32,000 nucleotides of DNA from Blochmannia endosymbiont of Camponotus nipponensis (GTDB lineage: Bacteria > Pseudomonadota > Gammaproteobacteria > Enterobacterales > Enterobacteriaceae). The stretch lies in assembly GCF_009827135.1 (NCBI RefSeq), contig NZ_CP046534.1, forward strand, positions 756,523-788,522, read 5' to 3'. The notes under the pieces were generated by a model. It was given only the letters and a program-made list of their open reading frames with translations. It was not told the origin of the DNA and ran no database searches. Made by a program: the position numbers and the translations under genes. Shown piece by piece: positions 8,782 through 19,593 of this stretch. Position 1 is the first letter of the stretch. Each line of letters opens with the position of its first letter.

Positions 8782-11178
8782 TTATCTTACAGTACCATGG
8801 AAACGCTCTTTCAAAATTATAGAGCATTTATTAACAACATCAGAAATTTCTTCTTCTTTTAAAGTATGTGTTGTGCTTTGTAAAAGCAGTCTAATAGTAA
8901 AACTTTTACAACCTTTTGAGATATTTTTACCTCTATAAAGATCAGATATTTTAATATCCACCAATTGATCTGTATTAGCAATTTTTTTACATTCAGTAAT
9001 AACGGACTCTGCAGAAATATCATCTGACACTATTACAGAAATATCACGGTAATTTTTAGGAAACTTAGAAATAGCGGTAATTTTAGGTAATATAAATTGG
9101 GACACCATGTTCCACGATAGCTCAAATACTAATATATGTGAACGTAAATTTAATTTCATTTGTATAGCAGGATGGATCATTCCAATGTATCCAACGCATA
9201 TGTCGTTTAAATAAATTGCCGCACTTTGATTAGAATATAATGCAGGATGTGTACACTTTTTAAATCTAATACAACTTATTTTATTAGTTGCATTTAACAA
9301 TGCCTCTACATCTCCTTTTATATCATAAAAATCTACCGAATATGTTGTTAAATCCCAGTGTTCATTAAATCTAAACCCAGATCGTATGCCAGCTATCATA
9401 AAATTTTGATGTACCTGATTTTCAGCAGTTTTTTCTGGAATAAAACATATACCACTTTCAAATAATTTAATGTGTTTTTGTTGTCTATTTATATTATGTA
9501 TTACTGTTGTAATTAACCCAGGCCATAAAGATAATCTCATGCTAGCCATATCTAATGTCATTGGATTTTTTAAAATTAATGGAATTTTCTGTGGATGTAA
9601 TAATTTTTGAATTTTAGGATTTACGAAACTATATGTTATTATTTCTTGGTAACCACGATCTATCAATAAATTTTTTACTCTTGATAACGATATAGTTGAT
9701 ACATTATTGTAATCTGTTATTAATTTTGTACGAATAGAAACACGAGGAATATTGTTATATCCATAAATACGTATTATCTCTGCTATTAAATTTTCTTCTA
9801 TAGAAATATCAAAACGCCAAGTTGGTGTTAATACTGTCCAACTATTATTTGAAAATTCTGTTTGAAAACCAAGTCGTTTTAAAATATATGTGATTTCTTG
9901 ACTTGGGATATGAAACCCAATAATTTTATCTAATTTAGTACGATTTAATACAATATTAATTGGTTTTGGTACCATATCATGGTTAATTACACTTATTATT
10001 GGGCCAGGATAACCACCACAGCTTTTTAGCAATAATGATGTGACACGATCTAAAGCTAATTTGGATGCACTTGGGTCAATTCCTCGTGTATAATGTAAGG
10101 AAGAAAGGTCGTTCATACGATATAATCTAGACTGATTCGCGATAGTAGATGGAGGAAAAAATACAGATTGTATCATTATGTGACGAGTGTTAGGACAAAT
10201 AGAATATTTATTGGGAAAAATTGTTCCAGCGATTGATAATGGTTTTGTATAATCAGAGATAATTATTGTATTTGGAAATAGTTTTAAATGATTATTATTG
10301 TCATGAGATAACTTTAGTATTTCTCCGAATTGAGAGAAACGTATACGTATTATATTTCCATCAATTTTTTCATAATCAAAAATATAAATCGGATGTCCTA
10401 GTTCCAATAACACATAATTGACAATATCTATGACTATATTGACTGAACAGATTCCACAGCGACGTAGTTTTTCTGTAATCCATAAAGGTGTAGGAACGGT
10501 AATGTGAATATTTTTTAAAATTCTTCCCAAGAACTGTGGGCATATATCAGGAATCTCAATAGAAATTGGAATAATATCGTTAATTGTTGGTTTAATTGAA
10601 TTTGTTTTTATTTTTTTTAATTTTAAATGATTTATAGCTGCTATTTCTCTAGAAATACCCAATATATGCAGACAATCTCCTCTATTAGGAGTAATATTAA
10701 TTTCAATAACGTTATCATAAAGGTGTAAGTAATTATAAAAATTTTGTCCAATGGGTGCATTGATGGGTAGTTCTATTATACCTACTGTATGATTAATTAT
10801 TCCTAATGTTGCAAAAGTACATAACATTCCTTCTGATTGTTGTCCTTGTATAGTAGTTAATTGAACTTTATGTCCATTTGGTAATATTGCTCCTACATTA
10901 GCAACAGCCACTCGAATATTTTTACGACAATTGGGAGCGTCACAAACAATACTTAATAATTTATTGCTACCGTTATTAACCTTTATTATCCATATATTAT
11001 GATAGTTAGGATGCATTTTACAGTCTACAATTTCTCCAATAACTACTCCATGAAACATATTAGCAACCGGTTTTAACTCATTAACTTTAAAGCCAGCCAT
11101 AGTTAATTGCTTGACTAACTCAATACTACTAATAGACGGATTTATCCATTCACGTATCCACATTTCACTAAATTTCAT
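8782..11178 (-). CDS. pheT: Phenylalanine-tRNA ligase beta subunit
   Basis: The 798-aa product starts [14 protein letters not shown], matching E. coli MKFSELWLREWVNP. It follows pheS with a 15-nt gap. Confidence 0.96.
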   Translation of the reverse strand: MKFSEMWIREWINPSISSIELVKQLTMAGFKVNELKPVANMFHGVVIGEIVDCKMHPNYHNIWIIKVNNGSNKLLSIVCDAPNCRKNIRVAVANVGAILPNGHKVQLTTIQGQQSEGMLCTFATLGIINHTVGIIELPINAPIGQNFYNYLHLYDNVIEINITPNRGDCLHILGISREIAAINHLKLKKIKTNSIKPTINDIIPISIEIPDICPQFLGRILKNIHITVPTPLWITEKLRRCGICSVNIVIDIVNYVLLELGHPIYIFDYEKIDGNIIRIRFSQFGEILKLSHDNNNHLKLFPNTIIISDYTKPLSIAGTIFPNKYSICPNTRHIMIQSVFFPPSTIANQSRLYRMNDLSSLHYTRGIDPSASKLALDRVTSLLLKSCGGYPGPIISVINHDMVPKPINIVLNRTKLDKIIGFHIPSQEITYILKRLGFQTEFSNNSWTVLTPTWRFDISIEENLIAEIIRIYGYNNIPRVSIRTKLITDYNNVSTISLSRVKNLLIDRGYQEIITYSFVNPKIQKLLHPQKIPLILKNPMTLDMASMRLSLWPGLITTVIHNINRQQKHIKLFESGICFIPEKTAENQVHQNFMIAGIRSGFRFNEHWDLTTYSVDFYDIKGDVEALLNATNKISCIRFKKCTHPALYSNQSAAIYLNDICVGYIGMIHPAIQMKLNLRSHILVFELSWNMVSQFILPKITAISKFPKNYRDISVIVSDDISAESVITECKKIANTDQLVDIKISDLYRGKNISKGCKSFTIRLLLQSTTHTLKEEEISDVVNKCSIILKERFHGTVR

Positions 11179-11193
11179 TTGAACATTCCTATA

Positions 11194-12186
11194 TCATTTA
11201 AATTGCTCAAGAAATTGTAAATCATTTTTAAAAAAAACACGCATGTCGCTAATGTTATATAGTAACATTGTTAGCCGTTCTATTCCTATTCCAAAAGCAA
11301 ATCCCGAAAATTTTTCTGTATTGATACCAACATGATGTAATATTTTAGGATGTACCATACCGCACCCTAAAAGTTCTAACCAATTTCCAGTTTTTTGTTC
11401 CATTACATCTATTTCTGCAGATGGTTCTGTAAATGGAAAATAAGATGGTCTAAATCGTAAATCGATTTTTTTTCCAAAAAAATTATATAAAAAATCATAT
11501 AATATTTTTTTTAGATGACTTAAATCAATATTAGAATCTATCATTAAACCTTCCATTTGATGAAACATGGGTGTATGATTGTGATCATAATCTTTACGAT
11601 ATACCCGTCCAAAAGAAATAATTCGAATTGGAGGATTTTTATCGGTCATAGCACGTATTTGAACACCGGAGGTATGCGTACGAAGTAAACGTTTTTCATC
11701 AAACCAAAAGGTATCATGTTCATCTCGAGAAGGGTGGTATGCAGGGATGTTCAAAGCGTCGAAATTAAAATAATCATCTTCAATTTCTGGCCCATATATT
11801 ACGGAAAACCCCAAAGATTTAAAAAAAAGCTTCATACGTTTTATAGTACCTGTTATTGGATGATGTGTACCTATATCTGATAAACGTCCCGGTAAAGTGA
11901 CATCTAACATATCTCTAATTAGGGTATTTTTTATACGTTTTGAATTTAAAATATTTTTTTGCTCAATGAATGTTTTGTATATATCTTTTTTAGCCTTATT
12001 AATAGCTGCGCCTAATTTGGGTCGTAGTTCTGATGGAGTATGATAAATATTTTTAATTTGCTGATTTAAGTAGCCTTTTTTACCTAAAAATTTAATACGT
12101 ACTTTTTCCAAAGCATCTATATTATTAGATTGTGTTATAGCTAATTTTGCCAAAATAACTAAGTTGTTTACAACATCTAATGACAT
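11194..12186 (-). CDS. pheS: Phenylalanine-tRNA ligase alpha subunit
   Basis: The 330-aa product carries class II aaRS motifs ([49 protein letters not shown]). Confidence 0.96.
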   Translation of the reverse strand: MSLDVVNNLVILAKLAITQSNNIDALEKVRIKFLGKKGYLNQQIKNIYHTPSELRPKLGAAINKAKKDIYKTFIEQKNILNSKRIKNTLIRDMLDVTLPGRLSDIGTHHPITGTIKRMKLFFKSLGFSVIYGPEIEDDYFNFDALNIPAYHPSRDEHDTFWFDEKRLLRTHTSGVQIRAMTDKNPPIRIISFGRVYRKDYDHNHTPMFHQMEGLMIDSNIDLSHLKKILYDFLYNFFGKKIDLRFRPSYFPFTEPSAEIDVMEQKTGNWLELLGCGMVHPKILHHVGINTEKFSGFAFGIGIERLTMLLYNISDMRVFFKNDLQFLEQFK

Positions 12187-12421
12187 AAATATCCTCTATA
12201 TATTATATATAATACTATATATACTGTTTATTATGACTTTTATTCATACATAACTAATACTTAAAGCGCAAAATATAGTTTTTAAAATTGTATTGATAAT
12301 GATCACGTACTAATATTAGTGCTATGTTGATAGCTACAGGATAGCAAATGTATTAATATATTATTCCATAGAATATTAAAATCTAATGTTTATAATTGGA
12401 AATACATGTTACTTGAATAGA

Positions 12422-12784
12422 TTATACATGTTCTAATTTAATTTTTGCTTTATCAATCAAAACAGAGAAAGTTTTCTTATCAAAAATAGCTATTTCAGCA
12501 AGTATCTTTCTATTAATGGAAATATCAGATTTATTTAATCCATTTATTAAATAATTATAAGAAATACCATATTCACGTGATGCAGCGTTAATTCGATTAA
12601 TCCATAACCGGCGAAATAAACGTTTTTTCTGACGACGATCTCTGTAAGAATATTGCCCAGATTTTATAACCGACTGATAGGCAACACGATAAGTACGAGA
12701 TCTAGCACCATAATAACCTGTTGCTTTCTTCAAAATTTTCTTATGTCGAGCGTGTGCCACTACACTATTTTTCACGCGTGTCAT
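12422..12784 (-). CDS. rplT: 50S ribosomal protein L20
   Basis: The 120-aa product ([30 protein letters not shown]...YRDRRQKKR) is collinear with E. coli L20. Confidence 0.97.
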   Translation of the reverse strand: MTRVKNSVVAHARHKKILKKATGYYGARSRTYRVAYQSVIKSGQYSYRDRRQKKRLFRRLWINRINAASREYGISYNYLINGLNKSDISINRKILAEIAIFDKKTFSVLIDKAKIKLEHV

Positions 12785-12866
12785 GTTTATTGCTCTCCTA
12801 ACGATGTAAACGATGGCACTATATTCAAAGTTATCTCAATAAATAAGTAAAACAGCATTGATATAT

Positions 12867-13064
12867 CTATATATATGGTAAAAATTTCATAATTACGCCT
12901 AAATAAATCTTAGGAAGTATAGATTTTTGACGCAAATGGCGTTTATGTTTTGTGGTTTTTTTTGTTAAAATATGTCTCATATGAGAATGTTTATATTTAT
13001 ATTTTCCTAAAGCTGTTATTTTAAACCGTTTACTAGCCGCTTGGAGTGTTTTAATTTTAGGCAT
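12867..13064 (-). CDS. rpmI: 50S ribosomal protein L35
   Basis: The ATG at 13064 gives [15 protein letters not shown], 65 aa, the same start and length as E. coli L35. The ORF-track start at 13073 adds MWC. An AGGA-containing stretch lies upstream. Confidence 0.95.
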   Translation of the reverse strand: MPKIKTLQAASKRFKITALGKYKYKHSHMRHILTKKTTKHKRHLRQKSILPKIYLGVIMKFLPYI

Positions 13065-13164
13065 ACACCACATCCTATATGATTTTTTTTATTAGTATAT
13101 GTTTTAGTACAAATATATGTAAATAATAGAATTATTATCTACTCTTATTAAGAAATACAATCCA

Positions 13165-13707
13165 TTATTTCTTTTTTGGAGATAAAATCATAGTCATTTG
13201 ACGTCCTTCAACTTTATTGGAGAAAAATTCCACTGCTGCTAATTCCTGTAATTCATGACGTATCCGATATAAAATTTTTGAACCAAGTTGATGGTGTATT
13301 AACTCTCCCCCCCTAAAACGTAAGGTCACCTTGACTTTATCTCCTTCATTAAGAAATTTAATTAAATTACGTAACTTAATTTGATAATCTCCTTTATCAG
13401 TACCTGGTCTGAATTTTATTTCTTTAACATGAATCACCCTTTGTTTTTTCTTTTGCTCTTTTATAGATTTATTTTTTTCGTATAGAAATTTACCATAGTT
13501 CATAATTCTACATACAGGTGGATCAGAATTTGGACTAACTTCAACTAAATCAAGACCAATATCTTCAGATTGTTTAAGTGCTTCATGTAAACTAGTCACA
13601 CCCACTTGTTTTCCGTCTACCCCAGTTAAACGAACTTTTTTAGCATTAATTTCTCTATTAATACGATTTAATCGTATTGATTGCATTTTTTTTCCTAATT
13701 TAATAAT
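13165..13707 (-). CDS. infC: Translation initiation factor IF-3, with a non-canonical ATT start
   Basis: The frame stays open upstream of the ORF-track ATG (13686): TAA(thrS stop) CAT ATT ATT AAA TTA GGA AAA AAA ATG. Starting at the first ATT gives (M)[16 protein letters not shown], which matches E. coli MKGGKRVQTARPNRIN, and a 180-aa product as in E. coli. GGAGG in the thrS 3' end lies 8 nt upstream, the same layout as I recall for E. coli. Confidence 0.85.
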   Translation of the reverse strand: MIKLGKKMQSIRLNRINREINAKKVRLTGVDGKQVGVTSLHEALKQSEDIGLDLVEVSPNSDPPVCRIMNYGKFLYEKNKSIKEQKKKQRVIHVKEIKFRPGTDKGDYQIKLRNLIKFLNEGDKVKVTLRFRGGELIHHQLGSKILYRIRHELQELAAVEFFSNKVEGRQMTMILSPKKK

Positions 13708-13710
13708 ATG

Positions 13711-15639
13711 TTATTCCTCCATTTGATGAAGACTGTAATTATTAATTTCATGTAATAATTTTTTTATAAACATATCAATATCACAGTTGATTAGTTCTTT
13801 ACCTCGATAAGTACGTATAGCCACTGTATTTTGATTCATTTCTTTATCTCCACAAATTAACATATAAGGTACACGTTGTAAGGTGTAGTAACGAATTTTA
13901 AATCCTATCTTTTCATTTCTCAAATCTACCTTTGTTCTTATTTTTTTATTTATTAATTTGTTTTCTACAATAGAAATATACTTGGTTTGCTGATCAGTAA
14001 CATTCATGAGGACAACTTGTATTGGAGCTAACCATGTTGGGAAAAATCCTGCATATTCTTCTGTAATTAAACCAATAAACCGTTCCATGGAACCAAAGAT
14101 CGCTCTATGAATCATTACAGGAGCTACACGGTTATTATTATGATCAATATAACGTGCATTCAATACATTTGGCAAAGAAAAATCCAGTTGTATTGTACCA
14201 CATTGCCAAGTTCTATCTAAAGAATCAAGTAAAATAAATTCTATTTTAGGACCATAAAATGCACCATCATTAGGTTGATATTGAAATATAATATTATTAT
14301 GCTGAAGAGCGGTAGACAGATGTTGTTCTGCCACATCCCATGTTGAATCTGAGCCAATCCGTTTTTTAGGACGAGTAGATAATTTTACCAAAATTTTTTT
14401 AAAACCAAATGTATTATACACATAGTACATCATTTTAATACAGTTATTTAATTCTTCGAATATTTGTGTTGTTGTACAAAAAATATGCCCATCATCTTGA
14501 GTAAATTCTCGTGTTCTCATAAGTCCATGTAACGATCCAGATAATTCATTTCTATGACAATTTCCAAATTCAGCTACACGATAAGGCAAATCCCTGTAAG
14601 ACTTAATACCTTGATTAAAAATTTGAATATGTCCAGGACAGCTCATCGGCTTAATACAATATTCATGATTTTCTGAACAAGTAGTAAACATATGTTCATG
14701 ATAATTATCCCAGTGGCCTGTTTTTTTCCATAATACATGATCAATCATAATAGGACTTTTAACTTCCTGGTAATTATATGTTTTCAATTGTATACGTATG
14801 AATTTTTTTAATTCTTGTAATAAAATCCAACCATTTTCATGCCAAAACACCATACCGGGTGCATCTTTTTGTATGTGATACAAATGTAATTTTTTTGCAA
14901 GATCACGATGATCATGTTTTTTAGGTTCTTGTAATACATTTTTGTGAATTACATATTGTTGTGTTTTAGATTCATGAAAACCATAAACACGTTGCAATTT
15001 TTTATTTTTACTGTTTCCACGCCAATATGAAGTAGTAATCTTATACAATTTAAAATTACGACAAAAACTAATATTAGGTACATGTGGACCACGACACATA
15101 TCTATATATTCTTCATGATAATACAATCCAATATGTTCAGTAGGGTTAATATTTTCGTTTAAAATGAATAGTTTATACATTTCATTAAGCGCGAGAAAAA
15201 TTTTTTTTGCTTGTTTCCAGGTAACATTTTTTTTTACAACATCATAATTTTTATTAGCAATATGTACCATACGTTTCTCTAAAATTGGCAAATCATCATA
15301 TGTCAAGCGATAATCAAGATCTATATCATAATAAAATCCTGTACTTGTTACTAAACCGAGTACCATTTTAGCTTTAGGCCACAATTGTTTCATTGCACGT
15401 CCTAACAAATGCGCACAAGAATGGCGAATTACACGTAATCCTACATTATCTCCTGCATTAATGCACTCCAATGTTGAATGATGATATATTAAATCAGCAA
15501 TATCAATAAGCTTTCCATTGCTCTGTGCGGCCACACAATTTTTAAATAAACTCAAATTTACATCTTTAAAAACTTCTAAAGGAGATACAGGTTTATCATA
15601 TCTATATTGATTTCCATTACTTAAAGTGATAACAAGCAT
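13711..15639 (-). CDS. thrS: Threonine-tRNA ligase
   Basis: The ATG at 15639 gives MLVITLSNG (E. coli MPVITLPDG) and 642 aa, as in E. coli. The ORF-track start at 15642 is a TTG one codon upstream. AAGGAA lies 7 nt before the ATG. Similarity is strong throughout (CRGPHVP, FTQDDGHIFC, WQCGTIQLDF). Confidence 0.96.
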   Translation of the reverse strand: MLVITLSNGNQYRYDKPVSPLEVFKDVNLSLFKNCVAAQSNGKLIDIADLIYHHSTLECINAGDNVGLRVIRHSCAHLLGRAMKQLWPKAKMVLGLVTSTGFYYDIDLDYRLTYDDLPILEKRMVHIANKNYDVVKKNVTWKQAKKIFLALNEMYKLFILNENINPTEHIGLYYHEEYIDMCRGPHVPNISFCRNFKLYKITTSYWRGNSKNKKLQRVYGFHESKTQQYVIHKNVLQEPKKHDHRDLAKKLHLYHIQKDAPGMVFWHENGWILLQELKKFIRIQLKTYNYQEVKSPIMIDHVLWKKTGHWDNYHEHMFTTCSENHEYCIKPMSCPGHIQIFNQGIKSYRDLPYRVAEFGNCHRNELSGSLHGLMRTREFTQDDGHIFCTTTQIFEELNNCIKMMYYVYNTFGFKKILVKLSTRPKKRIGSDSTWDVAEQHLSTALQHNNIIFQYQPNDGAFYGPKIEFILLDSLDRTWQCGTIQLDFSLPNVLNARYIDHNNNRVAPVMIHRAIFGSMERFIGLITEEYAGFFPTWLAPIQVVLMNVTDQQTKYISIVENKLINKKIRTKVDLRNEKIGFKIRYYTLQRVPYMLICGDKEMNQNTVAIRTYRGKELINCDIDMFIKKLLHEINNYSLHQMEE

Positions 15640-16591
15640 CAACTATTTCCTTGTATTATTAATATCATGATATATATATCATGATAGAAATTGAATTTTT
15701 TTAAGTTTATTTAATAATTTTTTATCATGCAATATAATACAATGTATAACATAACATACTAAATATTTTATTATATTATTATATTATCCATATTGTTATT
15801 AACGATATGGATAAATTAGTTATAAAATAAACAACAAAATATCCTTGTATAATATTACGACGGATCCATTAATGATATGTGATAGTTTATTGATCATATA
15901 GCGACTCCTAAATAATTCAATCATAATATTATTGCTCTTGAAAGAATATAAAGTCTAAAACTGCATCGAATTTAAAAATTGATATTTTAGTATATTGATA
16001 ATGACAAATATAATTTTTCACTAATATATATACACACTTTTTCAAAAATAGGTACATTCAACTTATATGTGAATGTTAATTATTTTTATAGTCCATTGAA
16101 TACCCAAATTTTTAACTAACAAATAGTATTTATCTTAACATTCAAGAAATCTATCAATAATACATTTATAACTCTTGCTATTGTAACATTACAAAGATTT
16201 TTTTATTTTTCTTTACATAGCCAATTATTTTTATATTAATATTTTTAATGATATCATTAGTACTAATGCACTATAAAATTTATTAAAAAAAATTAACGTT
16301 TGTTTTAACTCTATTGAGATTATAATAATTTTTGAAAAAAATTAAATATATAACTCTATTATTATTATTATTGATAGTAATATTTTTTATGTTTTATATC
16401 AAAATCTTTTAAATAGATATTACCATAATATATTATTTTTAATATTATAAACGCTTTATATTTCATAAACATTAAATAATTTCAGATATTTAATAAATTG
16501 TAAAAAATCATATTTTTATTTTTTTTTGATTAATTTTAAATTAAAACATGTTATTAGTATTATTACATTCAAGAATGTAAGTACATAATTT

Positions 16592-17425
16592 TTAAAAAGA
16601 TTTAACTAGTTCATCAATAACTTTCATTTGTTTCAAAAAATGTTCTAACTGATTTAACGGTAACGCAGAAGATCCATCACACTTAGCTTGATTCGGATTT
16701 GGGTGTGCTTCAAGAAATAATCCAGCAATACCTATTGCTATACTAGCTCTAGCTATATCATAAATTTGTATGTTTCTTCCCCCAGAAGTAGAACTTAATG
16801 GATTACGCATTTGCAAAGCATGTGTAACATCTACTATTATTGGGCAGCCTCCGGAAACGCGATTCATTGTATTCAATCCTAACATATCCACTATCAAGTT
16901 ATCATAACCAAATACAGTTCCTCTTTCACATAAAATTATATTATTATTACTACATGAACGACATTTTTTAACAATATGTACAATTTGCGTTGGGCTCATG
17001 TACTGCGGTTTTTTTATGTTAATTGGCATCCCAGTTTGTGCAATAGATATAATTAAATCGGTTTGACGAGCTAAAAACGCGGGAACCTGTAATACATCCA
17101 CCACTTTTGATACAGTTTTTACTTGGTCTACTTCATGTATATCAGTCATAAGTTTTACTCCAAATATTTCCTGTAGTTCTTGAAGTAAACTTAAACCCTC
17201 CTCTAATCCTGGTCCCCGATATGAATTAATTGACGAACGGTTTGCTTTATCGAAAGATGCTTTAAATATATAGGGTATATTTAATTTATGGGTTACATTA
17301 ATATAATGTTCGCAAATCCTCATGGCTATATCTCGTGACTCTAAAACATTCATCCCCCCAAATAATACGAACGGTAAATTATTTGATACTTTTATATCGA
17401 CAATCTCAACTATCAATTGTTGCAT
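16592..17425 (-). CDS. kdsA: 3-deoxy-8-phosphooctulonate (KDO8P) synthase
   Basis: The 277-aa product is collinear with E. coli KdsA ([59 protein letters not shown]). Confidence 0.96.
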   Translation of the reverse strand: MQQLIVEIVDIKVSNNLPFVLFGGMNVLESRDIAMRICEHYINVTHKLNIPYIFKASFDKANRSSINSYRGPGLEEGLSLLQELQEIFGVKLMTDIHEVDQVKTVSKVVDVLQVPAFLARQTDLIISIAQTGMPINIKKPQYMSPTQIVHIVKKCRSCSNNNIILCERGTVFGYDNLIVDMLGLNTMNRVSGGCPIIVDVTHALQMRNPLSSTSGGRNIQIYDIARASIAIGIAGLFLEAHPNPNQAKCDGSSALPLNQLEHFLKQMKVIDELVKSF

Positions 17426-17674
17426 ATATTATATTTCCAAATATTTTTAATATTAAATACATAAAAATTTGTGATTTTTATTGTTATCATCATGATTAAC
17501 TGTGTAATTTAATATTATAACACTTACTCTATAAAGATAAAAAGTAGATAAATTGGAGTCTTATACAATCATACCAACCGTGATTTTATTTTTATTATGT
17601 TTTTAACACAATGATCGGAAATTATATTATTCTAATAATTAAATATATTTATAGTATATCTCTCTATATAAAGA

Positions 17675-18511
17675 TTAATGAGATCGCCATTTTCCATACG
17701 TCACACGTTCATAGTAATGATAATCGCGTATTGTATGAATATGAGTAAATCCAAATCTACAAAATAATGTGCGTATATAATTTCCTTGATTCCATCCATG
17801 TTCCAAAGCTAACCAACCATTACAGTGTAAATGTTGAATGGAATATTTACAAATTATTTTTAGATCTGCTAATCCTGATTCTTTTGAAACCAATGCATTT
17901 TTAGGTTCAAAAATCATGTCATTAGATTGTAAACATGAATCGTTTTCATCAATATATGGTGGATTGCTAACAATAAGATTGAATTTATTTCCTATTAAAT
18001 ATTTAAACCAATCTCCATATACAAATTTTATATTTTTAAAATTGAACAAACGCTGATTTTTAAGAGCGAGCCATAATGCTTGTTTCTGACAATCTACTCC
18101 TGTAATACTCCAATTTGGCCGTTCTGACGCAAGAGCTAAAGCTATTGTACCTATTCCAGAGCCTAGGTCTAAAACATCTAAATGAGATACTTTTAACAAA
18201 TCCAACACATGCTGTATCAAACATTCAGTATCTGGTCGAGGAATAAATACGCCGGGTGAGACCTTAAGATTTAAGGACCAAAATTCTTTTGAACCAATTA
18301 AATAAGCTATAGGTTCTCCTTTTTTTCTACGATGAATTAAAGATTCTAACTGAATAATAGTATCATGTTCTAGTAGTGATTCACCAAATGCTAACAATTG
18401 AGCACGAGACTTTCTAGTAACTTGCCCTAAAATAATTTCTGCATCTCTTTTAGGGCTCATAGATTTTTTTAGTTTTAAACTAGCCCAAAATAACCATTGA
18501 TCCCATGTCAT
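17675..18511 (-). CDS. prmC: Release-factor glutamine N5-methyltransferase PrmC (HemK)
   Basis: The 278-aa product has the catalytic NPPY motif (VSNPPYI), the SAM-binding motif [15 protein letters not shown], and GEPIAYLIG. The ATGA overlap with the prfA stop is at 18508-18511. Confidence 0.94.
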   Translation of the reverse strand: MTWDQWLFWASLKLKKSMSPKRDAEIILGQVTRKSRAQLLAFGESLLEHDTIIQLESLIHRRKKGEPIAYLIGSKEFWSLNLKVSPGVFIPRPDTECLIQHVLDLLKVSHLDVLDLGSGIGTIALALASERPNWSITGVDCQKQALWLALKNQRLFNFKNIKFVYGDWFKYLIGNKFNLIVSNPPYIDENDSCLQSNDMIFEPKNALVSKESGLADLKIICKYSIQHLHCNGWLALEHGWNQGNYIRTLFCRFGFTHIHTIRDYHYYERVTYGKWRSH

Positions 18512-19593
18512 GATTCTAACTCTAATAATTTATCAAGTTGATCCGATTGATATTTATTAATAATAGGTTGTATTAAAATATCCAACTCTCCGTTCATTAT
18601 ATCACTTAATTGATAAGATGTAAAAGAAATACGATGATCAGTAACACGGCCTTGATGAAAATTATACGTACGAATTCGATCAGACCGGTCTCCAGTACCT
18701 AATAAGTTACGTCGGGTACAAGATGCTTTCTGTTGTCGACGTTTCATTTCAATAGCATGTAATCGAGAGCCTAACACTGATAGTGCTTTAGCCTTATTTT
18801 TGTGTTGAGATCGTTCGTCCTGGCATTCGACGACTAATCCACTTGGAATATGGGTAATTCGAATTGCAGAATCAGTAGTATTCACATGTTGCCCTCCGGC
18901 ACCTGATGATCGAAAGGTATCGATTCTTAACTCATGAGGATCAATATTAGGTAATTCAACATTTGGTATTTCTGGAATTACGGCGATTGTACAAGTAGAA
19001 GTATGAATTCGACCTTGAGATTCAGTATGTGGTATTCTTTGTACACGATGCCCTCCAGATTCAAATTTTAATAAATTATACGCTCCTTTATAAGAAATTT
19101 TAGTAATAATTTCTTTATAACCACCGCATTCGCCATAAGTGGCATTAATAACTTCCATTTTCCATCGACGTACTTCTGAATAACGAACATACATACGAAA
19201 TAATTCTCCTGTAAAAATTGCTGCTTCTTTTCCACCAGTTCCAGCTCGCAGTTCAACAAAACAACCTAATTTATCATTAGGATCTACAGGTAATAGCAAT
19301 ATTTTTAAATTTTTCTCAAGATGACACTGAGTTAAATAAAATGTTTTTAACTCATCTTGAACGATGTCATACATATCAACATCTTCAAGCATTTTTTGTG
19401 TATTAATAATTTTTTGTTTAATGTCTAACCAACGTCTAAAACAAATAACTATTTCAGATAACCGTGCATGTTCTTTAGATAATATATAAAAACGTTTTTT
19501 ATCACCCATAACATTAGGTGTAATGAGCAATTTTTCTAATATGTTAAAACGTTTCTGTAAGATCATTAGTTTATTTATAATAATAGGATTCAT
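18508..19593 (-). CDS. prfA: Peptide chain release factor 1
   Basis: The 361-aa product has the GGQ motif [19 protein letters not shown] and a codon-recognition tripeptide reading PHT where E. coli has PAT. It is collinear with E. coli RF1. Confidence 0.96.
   Translation of the reverse strand: MNPIIINKLMILQKRFNILEKLLITPNVMGDKKRFYILSKEHARLSEIVICFRRWLDIKQKIINTQKMLEDVDMYDIVQDELKTFYLTQCHLEKNLKILLLPVDPNDKLGCFVELRAGTGGKEAAIFTGELFRMYVRYSEVRRWKMEVINATYGECGGYKEIITKISYKGAYNLLKFESGGHRVQRIPHTESQGRIHTSTCTIAVIPEIPNVELPNIDPHELRIDTFRSSGAGGQHVNTTDSAIRITHIPSGLVVECQDERSQHKNKAKALSVLGSRLHAIEMKRRQQKASCTRRNLLGTGDRSDRIRTYNFHQGRVTDHRISFTSYQLSDIMNGELDILIQPIINKYQSDQLDKLLELES

Noticed and set aside
12187-12421. Search for a pheM-type Phe-rich leader peptide and attenuator upstream of pheS
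   Set aside because: The only mini-ORFs on the coding strand are MYFQL* and similar, with a single Phe codon. Possible alternative pairings (GCTA/TAGC and GCTAT/ATAGC) are only 4-5 bp, and no hairpin plus U-run is present. The E. coli-style attenuator appears to be lost.
16357-16372. (TAT)5 microsatellite and other short AT repeats in the spacers
   Set aside because: These are short, low-complexity repeats of the kind expected from slippage in AT-rich non-coding DNA. There is no array structure and no CRISPR-like repeat-spacer periodicity.
16563-16580. 8-bp hairpin TTACATTC-AA-GAATGTAA just downstream of the kdsA stop
   Set aside because: The stem is AT-rich with a 2-nt loop and there is no following T-run on the minus strand. 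It is too weak to annotate as a terminator.
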